Shown here in pieces: positions 1 through 10,237 of a stretch of 33,293 nucleotides of DNA. Under the pieces are notes generated by a model. The model saw nothing but the letters and a program-made list of their open reading frames with translations, was not told the DNA's origin and ran no database searches. The stretch is from a virus (taxonomy: Duplodnaviria; Caudoviricetes): positions 1 to 33,293 of IMG/VR virus record IMGVR_UViG_3300032237_000969; one strand, 5' to 3'. The position numbers and the translations under genes were made by a program. How positions within the stretch are numbered: position 1 is the stretch's first letter; each line of letters starts with the position of its first letter.

Positions 1-2435
1 TCTGCATTAGCAACATTAAATCCTAAAGATGGATTAGTCCAAGAAGGTGCTGCAGTACCATTAGATTTTAGTATATAACCAGCAGTTCCGTTCGGTATGA
101 ACGCTGTAGTATTTTCTGCAGTTTGATAGGGAATCTGTGAAGCAATACCACCTTTAAGATTAGTTGCAATTCCCGCATTATCAGCATAGGTAGCAACACC
201 TGCTCTGGTTGCATAAGTGGCAATACCAGCACTTGTAGAAAATCCAGCACTTACTGCATAAGTGGAAATACCTGAGCTTCCTGCATAAGTAGCATAAGTA
301 GCAGTATCTGCATTTCCAATAATTTTTCCATAGAAATTATTTGCATAAACATTATCCCAAAGATTGAGAGTACTACCAAGATTTAATCCGGTAGTAGAAG
401 GTAATATTGAACTGCCAATTCTAGAAGTAAAACTTACTAAATCTGTAGTATTATTTCCAAATTGAACATTATTATCAAATGTTGCTATTCCAGTTACACT
501 GAGATTGCTACTAACAATAGTAGTTCCACCGTTACTGTTGAGTGTTAAATTTCCACTAGTAGTATCAATTGTATTATCATTGGTGATCCCAATTTGAATA
601 TTATCAATATATGCTCCACCATTAGCATCAATATAACTATCAAATGTGCTAATTCCAATAACTCTAAGATTTCTGGTTGTAGTAAGACCACTTACACCCA
701 ATGTTGCTATGGTTGATATACCAGTTGCTTTAAAATCTTTAGTTTCTAAATATTCTGCAAAAATTCCCCTTCTTGCATTAACTTCATCATAAAAAATATC
801 GTCTCTTATATACAAATCCCCACCAACATATAAATCTCCACCAGTTGTAGTGATACCACCACTGGATGCTAATGTTGTGATTCCAGTAATATTTAATTGT
901 CCACCAACATTAAGATTCTTCTCAATTCCAACACCACCATTCGTAACAATAGAACCAGTATCTTTATCATCAGATTGTGTTGTATCATTTACAAAAAGTT
1001 GATCATTTATCTGAGTTGTTCCTGCATTAGAATCTAAAGTAAGATTACCAGTATTTGTACTAACAGTATTCGTATCAAGTTTAATATTGTCAAAAGTTCC
1101 TACACCAGTTACAGATAAATTATTGATAATAACTTGATTATCAAATGTTGCTATTCCAGTAACTTTTAAATTTTTGGTTGTTGTTCCATTGGTTACATTT
1201 AGACTATCGGTAGTAGTAAGAACACTAACTCCCAAAGTTGCTATGGTTGCTACACCTGTTACATTTAAATTTACAAGATTTGTTTGAGTTATATTAAAAA
1301 CATTTGCCGTTACAATACCACTAAAATAACCATCTCTTGCAGTAATAAACCCAACGGAGGTAATTCCAGTTACAGTAAGATTATCATCAACAATAGTAGT
1401 TCCACCATTGCTATTAAGTGTTAAATTACCTGTGTTAGTATCAATTGTATTATCATTGGTGATCCCAATTTGAATATTATCAATATATGCGCCACCATTA
1501 GCATCAATAAATCCAGTAAAAGTGCTAAATCCAGTAACACTTAAATCTTTGGTTGTAGTAAGATTATTAACCTTTAATTGTGATGCTGTTGCTATTCCAG
1601 TGATATTTAAATAATCAATCTCAGTTTGTCCAGTAAATCTAGAATATCCAAGAACATCAAGAAGATATCCCGGCCTTGTACTTCCAATACCAATACGACT
1701 GTTTATATAATCAAATACAAAATTAGCAGCACCATCAACTAATCCAGCATTATTATGATACTGAATATTAGTGATCGTTCCTCCGGCACCTGACCTAATT
1801 GTATTTTGATCTACCCAAGTTAATCCCCCAAAATTATTTTTTACTAATATATTTGTATTATTTCCTGGTCGATTATTATAATCATAAATTGTTCCAGTTA
1901 ATCTTATATTCCCATTAACCTGAAGTTCTTGCGTTGGAGGTGTAGTAGTAGTTCCTACTCCAACATAATTTGTTGAATTATCGTAGAAAAGACTTGATGC
2001 ACCTTTAAAATCATTATTATTATTAAATATAACTTGCCCTTGAGAACCAGGAGAGAATACTGTAATAGTAACTCCTACTCCCGGAGATCCATTAGGATTT
2101 AAGTACCCTTTGGCAGTAATAGCGGCTCCAACAAGATTTAACTGTGTGGTGCTACTTAAACCACCAACAAGATTTGTCTCATCAAATATACTGATAGATC
2201 CTGGTATAATACCACCTTGATTTGGAATCCAATATCTTTCTCCAGGTTTACCATCTACAGCAACAATTATGTATTGTGCTCCAAATACAATAGGTTTTGC
2301 GCCAACTGAAGATGGTCCTACCAAAGGATCTCCAAGATTTGGTTCTGAATCAGAAACAGACAGATATTGGTATCTATCTGCTTTTAATTGAGTTAATGGA
2401 GTTACTTTAGATCTTCCGCTTAAATATTTTGCCAT
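1..2435 (-). CDS. Large tail fibre / virion structural protein, 3'-truncated by the window edge (absent from the ORF track)
   Basis: ATG at 2435 (MAKYLSGRSKVTPLTQLKADRYQYLSVSDSEPNLGDP...). The window-edge sequence reads open in the same frame (...NLKGGIASQIPYQTAENTTAFIPNGTAGYILKSNGTAAPSW...). Gly/Thr/Asn-rich repeats (VTGIATF, GIGST, AGIATYA) resemble cyanomyovirus fibre proteins. Confidence 0.8.
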   Translation of the reverse strand, partial: MAKYLSGRSKVTPLTQLKADRYQYLSVSDSEPNLGDPLVGPSSVGAKPIVFGAQYIIVAVDGKPGERYWIPNQGGIIPGSISIFDETNLVGGLSSTTQLNLVGAAITAKGYLNPNGSPGVGVTITVFSPGSQGQVIFNNNNDFKGASSLFYDNSTNYVGVGTTTTPPTQELQVNGNIRLTGTIYDYNNRPGNNTNILVKNNFGGLTWVDQNTIRSGAGGTITNIQYHNNAGLVDGAANFVFDYINSRIGIGSTRPGYLLDVLGYSRFTGQTEIDYLNITGIATASQLKVNNLTTTKDLSVTGFSTFTGFIDANGGAYIDNIQIGITNDNTIDTNTGNLTLNSNGGTTIVDDNLTVTGITSVGFITARDGYFSGIVTANVFNITQTNLVNLNVTGVATIATLGVSVLTTTDSLNVTNGTTTKNLKVTGIATFDNQVIINNLSVTGVGTFDNIKLDTNTVSTNTGNLTLDSNAGTTQINDQLFVNDTTQSDDKDTGSIVTNGGVGIEKNLNVGGQLNITGITTLASSGGITTTGGDLYVGGDLYIRDDIFYDEVNARRGIFAEYLETKDFKATGISTIATLGVSGLTTTRNLRVIGISTFDSYIDANGGAYIDNIQIGITNDNTIDTTSGNLTLNSNGGTTIVSSNLSVTGIATFDNNVQFGNNTTDLVSFTSRIGSSILPSTTGLNLGSTLNLWDNVYANNFYGKIIGNADTATYATYAGSSGISTYAVSAGFSTSAGIATYATRAGVATYADNAGIATNLKGGIASQIPYQTAENTTAFIPNGTAGYILKSNGTAAPSWTNPSLGFNVANA
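560..1509. repeat. 74-bp near-identical direct repeat inside the fibre gene (560-633 and 1436-1509)
   Basis: TAGTATCAATTGTATTATCATTGGTGATCCCAATTTGAATATTATCAATATATGC[T/G]CCACCATTAGCATCAATA occurs twice with one mismatch. The offset of 876 bp is in frame. It encodes IDANGGAYIDNIQIGITNDNTIDT. Confidence 0.9.
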
Positions 2436-2447
2436 TTATTGTAATTA

Positions 2448-3116
2448 TTAGGTTGTACTGTTTTCTAGAATACTACAAATAAACTCCATTTGAAGTGGTG
2501 CTGCCTGACCACCACTTAGATAAGTATGAGCAATTCCTGCTACTACACCAGAATTAGTCACAAATGTCTTTGAAACCCCAACACTTCCAATGATAGAATT
2601 AACTATAAATGATTGTTGTGGTGATGGGAAAATTGTAGTTGTAATACCACTACTTCCCGAACAAGTAAATGCAAGACCACTCATTGTAACTTCATCACCA
2701 ACATTAAAATTATGGGCAGTAATAGTAGTTACAGTTGTTATTCCCGTAACATTGTTATATTTACAATCAGTGATTGATACTATTCCAGATTGAGTTGCTT
2801 TGATTACAATAGAGTCTGATATAAGTGCGGTTCTTTCCAATACTAATCTACCATCAATAATGATTAAAGAATCATTTGGAGGAACTTCGGCATTTTTAAT
2901 GACTCTATTAATTCTGGTATTACCAGCAGTCTTTGATGATGTACTTTTTCTTTGATGACTAAAAGTAATTGTTGGATAAGTATTTACTCCAACATTAGAT
3001 ACCTGGGCATAAAGAATAATTGCAGATACTCCAACTGGAGTTGTATAAACTGTTTGTTCTCCGGGAGCAACGGGAACAGCAATTGTTAAAAATTTATTTA
3101 GTGCTGCGACTGCCAT
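2448..3116 (-). CDS. Putative virion structural protein
   Basis: 222-aa ORF tightly packed between two fibre-like genes; T/G/S/V-rich, beta-strand-like composition. Confidence 0.65.
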   Translation of the reverse strand: MAVAALNKFLTIAVPVAPGEQTVYTTPVGVSAIILYAQVSNVGVNTYPTITFSHQRKSTSSKTAGNTRINRVIKNAEVPPNDSLIIIDGRLVLERTALISDSIVIKATQSGIVSITDCKYNNVTGITTVTTITAHNFNVGDEVTMSGLAFTCSGSSGITTTIFPSPQQSFIVNSIIGSVGVSKTFVTNSGVVAGIAHTYLSGGQAAPLQMEFICSILENSTT

Positions 3117-3117
3117 A

Positions 3118-5616
3118 TTATCGTAATGCGAGTATTAGTGGTGTAACTTCTGCTTGTATTGCTCTACTAAAATCTCTTCCTCTAATTGTAGAAGTTGTTT
3201 GGTCAATTTGAATACCTTTTCCGATATCAAAATTTCCCTTTTGATCTGTACTAGTAAATGGAATTTGGGCTCCATCACGAGCAACGATCTCGTTAGCTTT
3301 AATAGGAACTCCACCAAATTGTGGTGTTGCTGTATTTATATTAGTACCAGCACCAATATATTCAAAAGAATGACTGCTAGTAAGGATACGACTAATTCTT
3401 TTTAATTCAACTACATCATTTTTGAATAATTCATATGGAACAAATTCATTGAAAGTTGTTGTCGTAATTCCAGTTGGAGATGTGACAGGAGTTGATTCGG
3501 AAATCGTAAAATATATTGGTTCCATATTGACAACATAATTTGTTGTAGGTTGAGGATCTCCATTAATGACAACTCTAATATCTTGTGTGGACAGATAATT
3601 TCTCCCACTACTAAGTACATCTATAGAAATAATCTTTCCAGTATTATTATCTATATTTGGACTTACTTCTGCCACAATTCCCTGCGGGCCCTTTGGTAAA
3701 AATGTGCCGTCAATATCTTGAATAATAATTGATGGTGGGGAACTAGCACTGTAATTGGAAGCACTATTTTTTACAGTAATAGATCCCAATCTATTCATAG
3801 GAGCAGAAATTACTCCAGACCCTACAGCATATTGCCTAGATTCTGGATAATTATTTAAATTAATCTTAAACCAAAGTGCCTGCCCATCATAAGGTCTTCT
3901 TGGAGTAGTGGTATTAATCAAGAATATTGAAGTTAAACCAACTTTATCTGAGTTTGCTGGAGTATCTGCAATAACGCTACCTGTAAATTCAGTTCTACCT
4001 AAACCAACGGAAACTAATCCATAATTACCAAATGATGAGTTTGAGTTTGTAAGATCACATTGTCCACCAGTATCAGTATAAATGGCAATATCGCAATTAA
4101 TTGTAAAAATAGAAACTAATTGAGCATATCCATTATTTGTAATAGAAACTCCAATACCTGCCTCATTATATTGTGTAAATGAGTCGCAAACCATACACTT
4201 AAGGTTTGCACCAATTTCTGTAGCAGTTGCATGATCTCCATTAATCTTCATACCTATACTTAAAGGCATAAAGTTGGTACAGTTTCTTACATATGGAGAT
4301 CTCCATCTTCCACTAGAACCTTCTGTGGCTGGTCCAGGTGCAGTATATCCACTAACTGCAGGATAAGATTTTCCTGCTACTATATCGGTGGTTGTTGGTG
4401 GGAATGCAAGAGCACCTCCACCGGGATTTGATTGTCCAGTATCACATGAAAAGTTAAGATTCTCAATTAAACATCCCCTTCTTACGTGAAATATATCTTT
4501 ACCTAAATTTTGAGGAACAATAGTTACGAGACGTAAATCTTGACCGGATACTGCAACATCTGTACGAAGACCAATTGGATTATTCTCATAATAGACTCCA
4601 GAACGAACAAAAATTGTATCTCCCGATTCTGCAATTGCTGCTGCTGCTCCAATAGTTCTTTTTGCATCACCCTCCAAATATCCACTATTTGTATCGTTAC
4701 CATCTATTGTAACCCAAATAGCATTTTGAGTTTGAACTCCCGGAGGTCTCCAAGAAACACCAGTACCTACAGATGATAAACGATAATCAAACTTTCCAAA
4801 TGCAGTACTATTATTAATATCAATTAGAGAAGAATCTAATTTTAATGTTCCAATAAGTTCTGTATTTTTACCAACGTTTAGATTCTCCTCAATACCAACA
4901 CCACCATTAGAAACTACTAAAGCACCAGTATCTTTTGATGTTGAAGATGTTGTACCATTAATTGTAGCATTATTACCAACATTTAAGTTTTCTTCAATAC
5001 CAACACCACCATTAGAAACTACTAAAGCACCAGTATCTTTTGATGTTGAAGATGTTGTACCATTAATTGTAGCATTATTACCAACATTTAAGTTTTCTTC
5101 AATTCCAACACCACCTGTAGTAACTACTAAAGCACCAGTATCTTTTGATGTTGAAGATGTTGTACCATTAATTGTAGCATTATTGCCAACATTTAAGTTT
5201 TCTTCAATTCCAACACCACCTGTAGTAACTACTAAAGCACCAGTATCTTTTGATGTTGATGAAGTTGAATTAGTAAACGTAACAACACCATCAACATTTA
5301 ATTTTGAATCAAAATCAACATCTCCAGTAGCATGAACAGTTCCCGTAATATCTAATGTTGTTGATGGATTGTTATTTTGAATACCAACCTTTGTCATCCT
5401 ATAGATATTACTAGATCCGGCGCCGGTATAACCCCAAAAATCTTGTGTACGGATATCAGCAATCCAATTTGGATTACTAGGATTAACTATAGGTATTAAC
5501 GTATCTGTTCCAACACCAAGACTATTTGCCTGAACAAAATTTAAAGCAGCAAATGCTTGAGCTAAGTCATTTGTTGGGATAAATATGCCTTGATCTTGAA
5601 CATAAAATCTTGTCAT
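3118..5616 (-). CDS. Tail fibre/spike-like structural protein with a tandem-repeat shaft and a probable parallel beta-helix domain
   Basis: 832 aa with four 35-aa repeats. These are followed by 'IWVTIDGNDTNSG...AKRTIGAAAAIAESGDTIFVRSGVYYENNPI', a typical N-cap of pectin-lyase-like beta-helices. Late promoter TATAAATA upstream. Confidence 0.75.
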   Translation of the reverse strand: MTRFYVQDQGIFIPTNDLAQAFAALNFVQANSLGVGTDTLIPIVNPSNPNWIADIRTQDFWGYTGAGSSNIYRMTKVGIQNNNPSTTLDITGTVHATGDVDFDSKLNVDGVVTFTNSTSSTSKDTGALVVTTGGVGIEENLNVGNNATINGTTSSTSKDTGALVVTTGGVGIEENLNVGNNATINGTTSSTSKDTGALVVSNGGVGIEENLNVGNNATINGTTSSTSKDTGALVVSNGGVGIEENLNVGKNTELIGTLKLDSSLIDINNSTAFGKFDYRLSSVGTGVSWRPPGVQTQNAIWVTIDGNDTNSGYLEGDAKRTIGAAAAIAESGDTIFVRSGVYYENNPIGLRTDVAVSGQDLRLVTIVPQNLGKDIFHVRRGCLIENLNFSCDTGQSNPGGGALAFPPTTTDIVAGKSYPAVSGYTAPGPATEGSSGRWRSPYVRNCTNFMPLSIGMKINGDHATATEIGANLKCMVCDSFTQYNEAGIGVSITNNGYAQLVSIFTINCDIAIYTDTGGQCDLTNSNSSFGNYGLVSVGLGRTEFTGSVIADTPANSDKVGLTSIFLINTTTPRRPYDGQALWFKINLNNYPESRQYAVGSGVISAPMNRLGSITVKNSASNYSASSPPSIIIQDIDGTFLPKGPQGIVAEVSPNIDNNTGKIISIDVLSSGRNYLSTQDIRVVINGDPQPTTNYVVNMEPIYFTISESTPVTSPTGITTTTFNEFVPYELFKNDVVELKRISRILTSSHSFEYIGAGTNINTATPQFGGVPIKANEIVARDGAQIPFTSTDQKGNFDIGKGIQIDQTTSTIRGRDFSRAIQAEVTPLILALR
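4868..5260. repeat. Tandem 105-bp (35-aa) repeats, about 4 copies
   Basis: AACTACTAAAGCACCAGTATCTTTTGATGTTGA starts at 4912, 5017, 5122 and 5227. Protein unit: TSSTSKDTGALVV(TT/SN)GGVGIEENLNVGNNATINGT. Confidence 0.95.
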
Positions 5617-5637
5617 TTTATTAGTTTATGTTAAAAA

Positions 5638-5645
5638 TATTTATA
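5638..5645 (-). promoter_or_regulatory. T4-type late promoter TATAAATA
   Basis: Exact consensus on the minus strand, 22 nt upstream of the ATG at 5616. Confidence 0.75.
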
Positions 5646-5652
5646 GAGTATA

Positions 5653-6255
5653 TTATCGTGGATAAAGAGGTACTCCCTCGTCCAAAACGAAAATTCCATC
5701 AGTACCAATTCCAGGAACGTCTGATCTAGGTTCTGCAATTAGAGGAATCCAACGAATTCCACCATCATCTCTAACCAATTCATAACCATTTCTACCTGGA
5801 TTATTTATTGAATCGTAAATATTTTCATCTATTTTTACACTTCCCGCAACATCAAGTTTTTGTTGTGGATTTATACTACCAATACCAACCCTATTACTGA
5901 TAACTGCGGTTCCAATAACATCTAATACTTGTGTTGGATTTGTATTACCTATTCCTACCTTACCACTTGAAAATGGAAGTCCATCAAAATCTGCAATTGC
6001 CCTTATTACTGTTCCACCAATTCCAACATCTAATCTTTTTCGTACTGTTAAAATTCCTACATTTAGATTCCCATCAATATATACATCACCTTTAAATTTA
6101 CCATCACCTTCAACAGTAATATTATTAACTGTCAGTGTTGTTGTTCCTATTCCTACAGAAAGATCATAATATAAATGACCGTAAATATAAACGTCTTTAA
6201 AGAATTTAGCGTCATCATTAAAAAATGATTTTGATCCTACAACATAATCGGTCAT
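5653..6255 (-). CDS. Short fibre-like structural protein
   Basis: 200 aa with repeated 'VGIGNTNPTQVLDVIG / VGIGSINPQQKLDVAG' motifs typical of phage fibre proteins. Confidence 0.65.
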   Translation of the reverse strand: MTDYVVGSKSFFNDDAKFFKDVYIYGHLYYDLSVGIGTTTLTVNNITVEGDGKFKGDVYIDGNLNVGILTVRKRLDVGIGGTVIRAIADFDGLPFSSGKVGIGNTNPTQVLDVIGTAVISNRVGIGSINPQQKLDVAGSVKIDENIYDSINNPGRNGYELVRDDGGIRWIPLIAEPRSDVPGIGTDGIFVLDEGVPLYPR

Positions 6256-6256
6256 A

Positions 6257-6832
6257 TCATAATCCTATAAGTGAAGTTATACCCGATGCAGGTCCACTAA
6301 ATGCTGACCTTATAATATCTTGTCCAACAAAAGTATCTGCAAAAACAAGTTCACCAAAACTAGTTCCTTCGGGAACAAGATTTCCTGTTAACCCATTTCC
6401 ATCTAATTTGTTACCTTTCAATAAAACTCTTCCAGAACCAGCATCCAAAGTAATATTTCTTCCCGCTTTAATATCAACATCTTCATCAGCATCAATCATA
6501 ATATTTTGAGCACGTATTCTTACTCTTCCATTTTTTTCTGCAGTAATACAAACGTCACCATTTCTACCACTGATAATAATATCGACTCCATTTGAATTAC
6601 TTCGTTGACCTGCAATAATTTCTATAGAATGGTCATTATATATTTTATAATTTCCACCTTCACTTAATCCGGTAAGACATACATCATTATTATTAGTTAC
6701 TGCGTACATATTATATACTTCAGTACCGTTACAACCCATTTGAGGGTTATTCATATCTATTCTGAACTTTGGTCCAAAGCTTGTTAAACTTCTACCTTGC
6801 CAGTTTTGATTATCAATAGGTCTTTCTGCCAT
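6257..6832 (-). CDS. Probable baseplate spike protein resembling a gp5 C-terminal beta-helix
   Basis: 191 aa directly downstream of the gp5-like gene. Short periodic beta-strand motifs (VDIIISG, VCITAE, VRIRAQ, IMIDAD, VDIKAG, ITLDAG). Confidence 0.55.
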   Translation of the reverse strand: MAERPIDNQNWQGRSLTSFGPKFRIDMNNPQMGCNGTEVYNMYAVTNNNDVCLTGLSEGGNYKIYNDHSIEIIAGQRSNSNGVDIIISGRNGDVCITAEKNGRVRIRAQNIMIDADEDVDIKAGRNITLDAGSGRVLLKGNKLDGNGLTGNLVPEGTSFGELVFADTFVGQDIIRSAFSGPASGITSLIGL

Positions 6833-6833
6833 T

Positions 6834-8891
6834 TTATGTCACACAATCGATTACTTGTTTTATTTCACCTTGGAATTCTGTTGGTATTGTATCAAGTATT
6901 GGTCTCAATATAGCACCAGAACCAGTATCAGACTTGATAGTAATTATTGGAAGATCATTTACTTGAACACTATTAGTATTTGCAACTGATGCATTGATTG
7001 TAGTGTTTTCAGTTTTTCCAATAGTAGATATAACCGTTTCAGATGTTCCAGTTGTTGTAGTAGTATTTATTGGTCTTGCTTTGGTTATAGATCCATCAAA
7101 TACTTCTATAGAATATGAATTGCCAAATTGATCTGTTGCAGTGTCAGTTACCTGATAATTTTGACCAGGATTTTGTATTACAATGTCACTTACGATATAA
7201 TTTTGAATAAATTCAATTGGATAATTTTCACCCTCTGATACAATATAAACGGAATCAACTTCACCAGAATCATTAATCGTTGTTCTTGCGATTGCGCCAT
7301 ATCCTTGACGACAATTATCCATTATCTGCACAAATGGTGGAAATCTATATCCAGAACCACCATTGGTTATTTTTGCTCCAATAATACTTCCAGTTGTCCC
7401 AACAATAGAACCAAGTAATGGAATTGAAGTAGCACCAGAACCACCACCACCAAAAATAATAATTTCAGGAGCACTGCAACTTAATGGTTTTCCAGTATAA
7501 CAATTTCCAATTTGATTTGGGATATTGTTTATAGCACTAAATGTTCCAATGATATCCTGTGCTCCACCTAATATGTCATTAGCAGTTGCTATTGCATTAG
7601 AAATATTTGCATTTTCTAAAATTTTGTCAAAACTAGGTATTGGAGCATTATTTGGACCACATCCAATTATCCATTGATCTACAATACCATCAGATTTTCC
7701 TTTGCTTTGATTACAATCAAACATTCCAACAATACCTTTGATAGAATCAATACTTCCTCTTAAGAAATTATCAACACTAAAGGATGAGAAAAATTGTAGA
7801 AGTTTTTGAACTCCTCCAATTGCAGATTCTAGTCCACTAGAAATTTTGCCAATAATATCATTAATAAGTGATCCAACAAATTGATCTGCGGCACAACTTA
7901 CAAAATTTTCAATATTATCTACTGCAGATATAAGAATATCTTTTATAATACTACCTAATGAACTAATAATTTTACCCGCAACACAAGGAATTGCCTTTTG
8001 TAATATTTGAACCGGAGAAACCATTGCAGTTTGTGCTGCAACTCCTGCAAGATGGGCAGTTCCAGGATTACCAGTTGCTAAGAATACGATATCATAAACT
8101 TTCTCATATAATAGTCTTAAACCATTATTCAATAATGTTGATAATTTTCCATATAATCCATTCATCATATTGCCAACAAGACTATTTGAAATTGCCTGAA
8201 TCTTATCAGTTACTCGATTAATTTCATTTTTGATGTCTGTAAATATTTTGGGAACTTTAACTTTATTGATTAAATTTTCAACTTCAGTAGATATTTTACC
8301 AACTATTGTGTTATTTACAGTATTTGCAAGTTGAATCTTGTCTCCAATCGCACTAAAATATGAAATTTCATCAGGACCAATATTTTTTGCTTGCTCTGGA
8401 GATACATTTCTTGGTGATTTTCCCGATGCTGCATTTTGCTCACTTGATTGATCGGGTTTAAGTGTGCCATTTGGTTTTTTAATCTTACTAGTATATCCAG
8501 TAAAAGGTTGAAATGGTCCTGCACTCTCGGAAGTGAGTACTTGAGAAGTTCTTCCGAAACATCCCATGATGATTGGTGTCTGAGCATTATCAGTGTCCAA
8601 GAAAAATCCAAAGACAACATCACCAGGAGAAATCTTTATACTTGTGGAATTATTTCCTGCTCCTGTTCCCGAAGTTGTTGGAAGTAAGCATTGTGCCCAA
8701 GGTAAATCTTCATCTGGAAGTTCGACAATATTATATGGATGATATCCCATAATGCGAACTTTAAATCTATTTCCCCAACCACCACCATTTATTTGAGAAC
8801 CATGAGCACTCTCTGGTGGAATCTGTCCAATCCACCAACGAAATCCATCTCTTCCTAAAAAATTACTTTTGAATAAGGATTCTTGTATCAT
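6834..8891 (-). CDS. gp5: gp5-like baseplate hub subunit (N-terminal OB-fold)
   Basis: N-terminus 'FLGRDGFRWWIGQI...RFKVRIMGYHP...LPDEDLPWAQCLLPTT...GDVVFGFFLD...QTPIIMG' matches the T4-like gp5 OB domain. No T4-lysozyme domain recognised. Confidence 0.8.
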   Translation of the reverse strand: MIQESLFKSNFLGRDGFRWWIGQIPPESAHGSQINGGGWGNRFKVRIMGYHPYNIVELPDEDLPWAQCLLPTTSGTGAGNNSTSIKISPGDVVFGFFLDTDNAQTPIIMGCFGRTSQVLTSESAGPFQPFTGYTSKIKKPNGTLKPDQSSEQNAASGKSPRNVSPEQAKNIGPDEISYFSAIGDKIQLANTVNNTIVGKISTEVENLINKVKVPKIFTDIKNEINRVTDKIQAISNSLVGNMMNGLYGKLSTLLNNGLRLLYEKVYDIVFLATGNPGTAHLAGVAAQTAMVSPVQILQKAIPCVAGKIISSLGSIIKDILISAVDNIENFVSCAADQFVGSLINDIIGKISSGLESAIGGVQKLLQFFSSFSVDNFLRGSIDSIKGIVGMFDCNQSKGKSDGIVDQWIIGCGPNNAPIPSFDKILENANISNAIATANDILGGAQDIIGTFSAINNIPNQIGNCYTGKPLSCSAPEIIIFGGGGSGATSIPLLGSIVGTTGSIIGAKITNGGSGYRFPPFVQIMDNCRQGYGAIARTTINDSGEVDSVYIVSEGENYPIEFIQNYIVSDIVIQNPGQNYQVTDTATDQFGNSYSIEVFDGSITKARPINTTTTTGTSETVISTIGKTENTTINASVANTNSVQVNDLPIITIKSDTGSGAILRPILDTIPTEFQGEIKQVIDCVT

Positions 8892-10237
8892 TTATCGTTT
8901 GTCCCGTATGTTCCAAAAGTATCACTAATCAATTTCATTGAAGTATATGATGCATCACTATCAAAATGGTGACACAATTCTTTTATCATATATAGACCAC
9001 TTTGTTCATTATCATACTCATCTTTATTTCCTCTTGAAATTTTTGGGAAATTACATCTAATAATATCGCCTGCTTTTAAATTTGTATTTGATCCAACCAT
9101 GATACTCAATGTTTGACTAAAGATCATATTATATCTCATAATCGCCTGAGATTGATATTTAAATGGATCAGAATTTACATCAGTTGAAACATCCTTTTCG
9201 ATTGTACCAATATCTAAAACCTGAGTTAGAAATCTGGTTGGAATATGTCCAAGATCGACATTAGAACTATTAGTAATCTTGGGCAATTCAAATTTTTGTC
9301 CAAGATTTTTTATTCCATTTGTATAATCATCAATGGTAAATGTACCTTTCTGAGGATCTGTGAATTCAAATGTTAATGGATTATAAAACATACGGTAACT
9401 TGAAAAAGCACCAACTCTCAATTGTTCAATTAAATCTGAGTGTGAATCTGTTTTATAATTCAAAATTGCAAAATCATTATCTCTTGTTACTCCAGATTCA
9501 TTAACCTGAGTATAAGTATATGTTGGAATTTGATCTGGTTTTTGTGAAATTAAACTATCAATAGATCTAAATTGAAATCCTTCTCTTGTTTGGTAAAATA
9601 CAAATCCTGCAGTAGCATCTTTAGAAATTTCTGCGGGAACTCCTTTTGATGCTAACCATACTAAAACCGTGAAGGGTTTTCTTAAATTTCCAATAAACCC
9701 ATATTTGTTTTGCGTTTTATCAATAGTTCCAATTTTGTCGGTTTTTAAATAATTTTTAAGAATGTCTTTTACTGATGTATCAATTGTTGAACTTGTGGGA
9801 TATTTTTTTCCAACTCTTGAGGTTTCGTTTGTAATTGCTTCTCTTGAAGTTAAGTGTAAAAGGAATGTTTCTCTTTGAGTTTCTGTTACAATATCAGTAA
9901 TAGTTGAAACATATAGGTAATCTTTTTGATTTGTTGCAAAATCTAATCCAGGATTTTTATCAGTATTTCCTTTAATTTTTAATGAAACTCTTTCTCCGCC
10001 ACGAAGAGGAAGACCATTATAAATTGATTGCTTTTCTCCATCAGGATTTCCTTCTTTATCGGGAGGTTGAATAGTATCTCCAGTATCAACTACTCTTATT
10101 TTAGCAGTAATTGTGGGCGAAAAAATATCTTCATAATAATCAATTGATATCGTACCTTGTCTAATATCAATGGTTCTTTTTTGATCAGTTGACTCTAATA
10201 TCAACTCCTCATAAATTGACTTATTAATTGCTGCCAT
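8888..10237 (-). CDS. Probable baseplate hub protein (gp27-like)
   Basis: 449 aa upstream of gp5. Motifs 'IDYYEDIFSPTITA', 'FVFYQTREGFQFRSIDSL' and 'SGLYMIKELCHHF' are typical of contractile-tail hub proteins. Confidence 0.6.
   Translation of the reverse strand: MAAINKSIYEELILESTDQKRTIDIRQGTISIDYYEDIFSPTITAKIRVVDTGDTIQPPDKEGNPDGEKQSIYNGLPLRGGERVSLKIKGNTDKNPGLDFATNQKDYLYVSTITDIVTETQRETFLLHLTSREAITNETSRVGKKYPTSSTIDTSVKDILKNYLKTDKIGTIDKTQNKYGFIGNLRKPFTVLVWLASKGVPAEISKDATAGFVFYQTREGFQFRSIDSLISQKPDQIPTYTYTQVNESGVTRDNDFAILNYKTDSHSDLIEQLRVGAFSSYRMFYNPLTFEFTDPQKGTFTIDDYTNGIKNLGQKFELPKITNSSNVDLGHIPTRFLTQVLDIGTIEKDVSTDVNSDPFKYQSQAIMRYNMIFSQTLSIMVGSNTNLKAGDIIRCNFPKISRGNKDEYDNEQSGLYMIKELCHHFDSDASYTSMKLISDTFGTYGTNDK

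Noticed and set aside
4868-5260. Regular repeats as a CRISPR array
   Set aside because: They are contiguous in-frame 105-bp coding repeats with no unique spacers.
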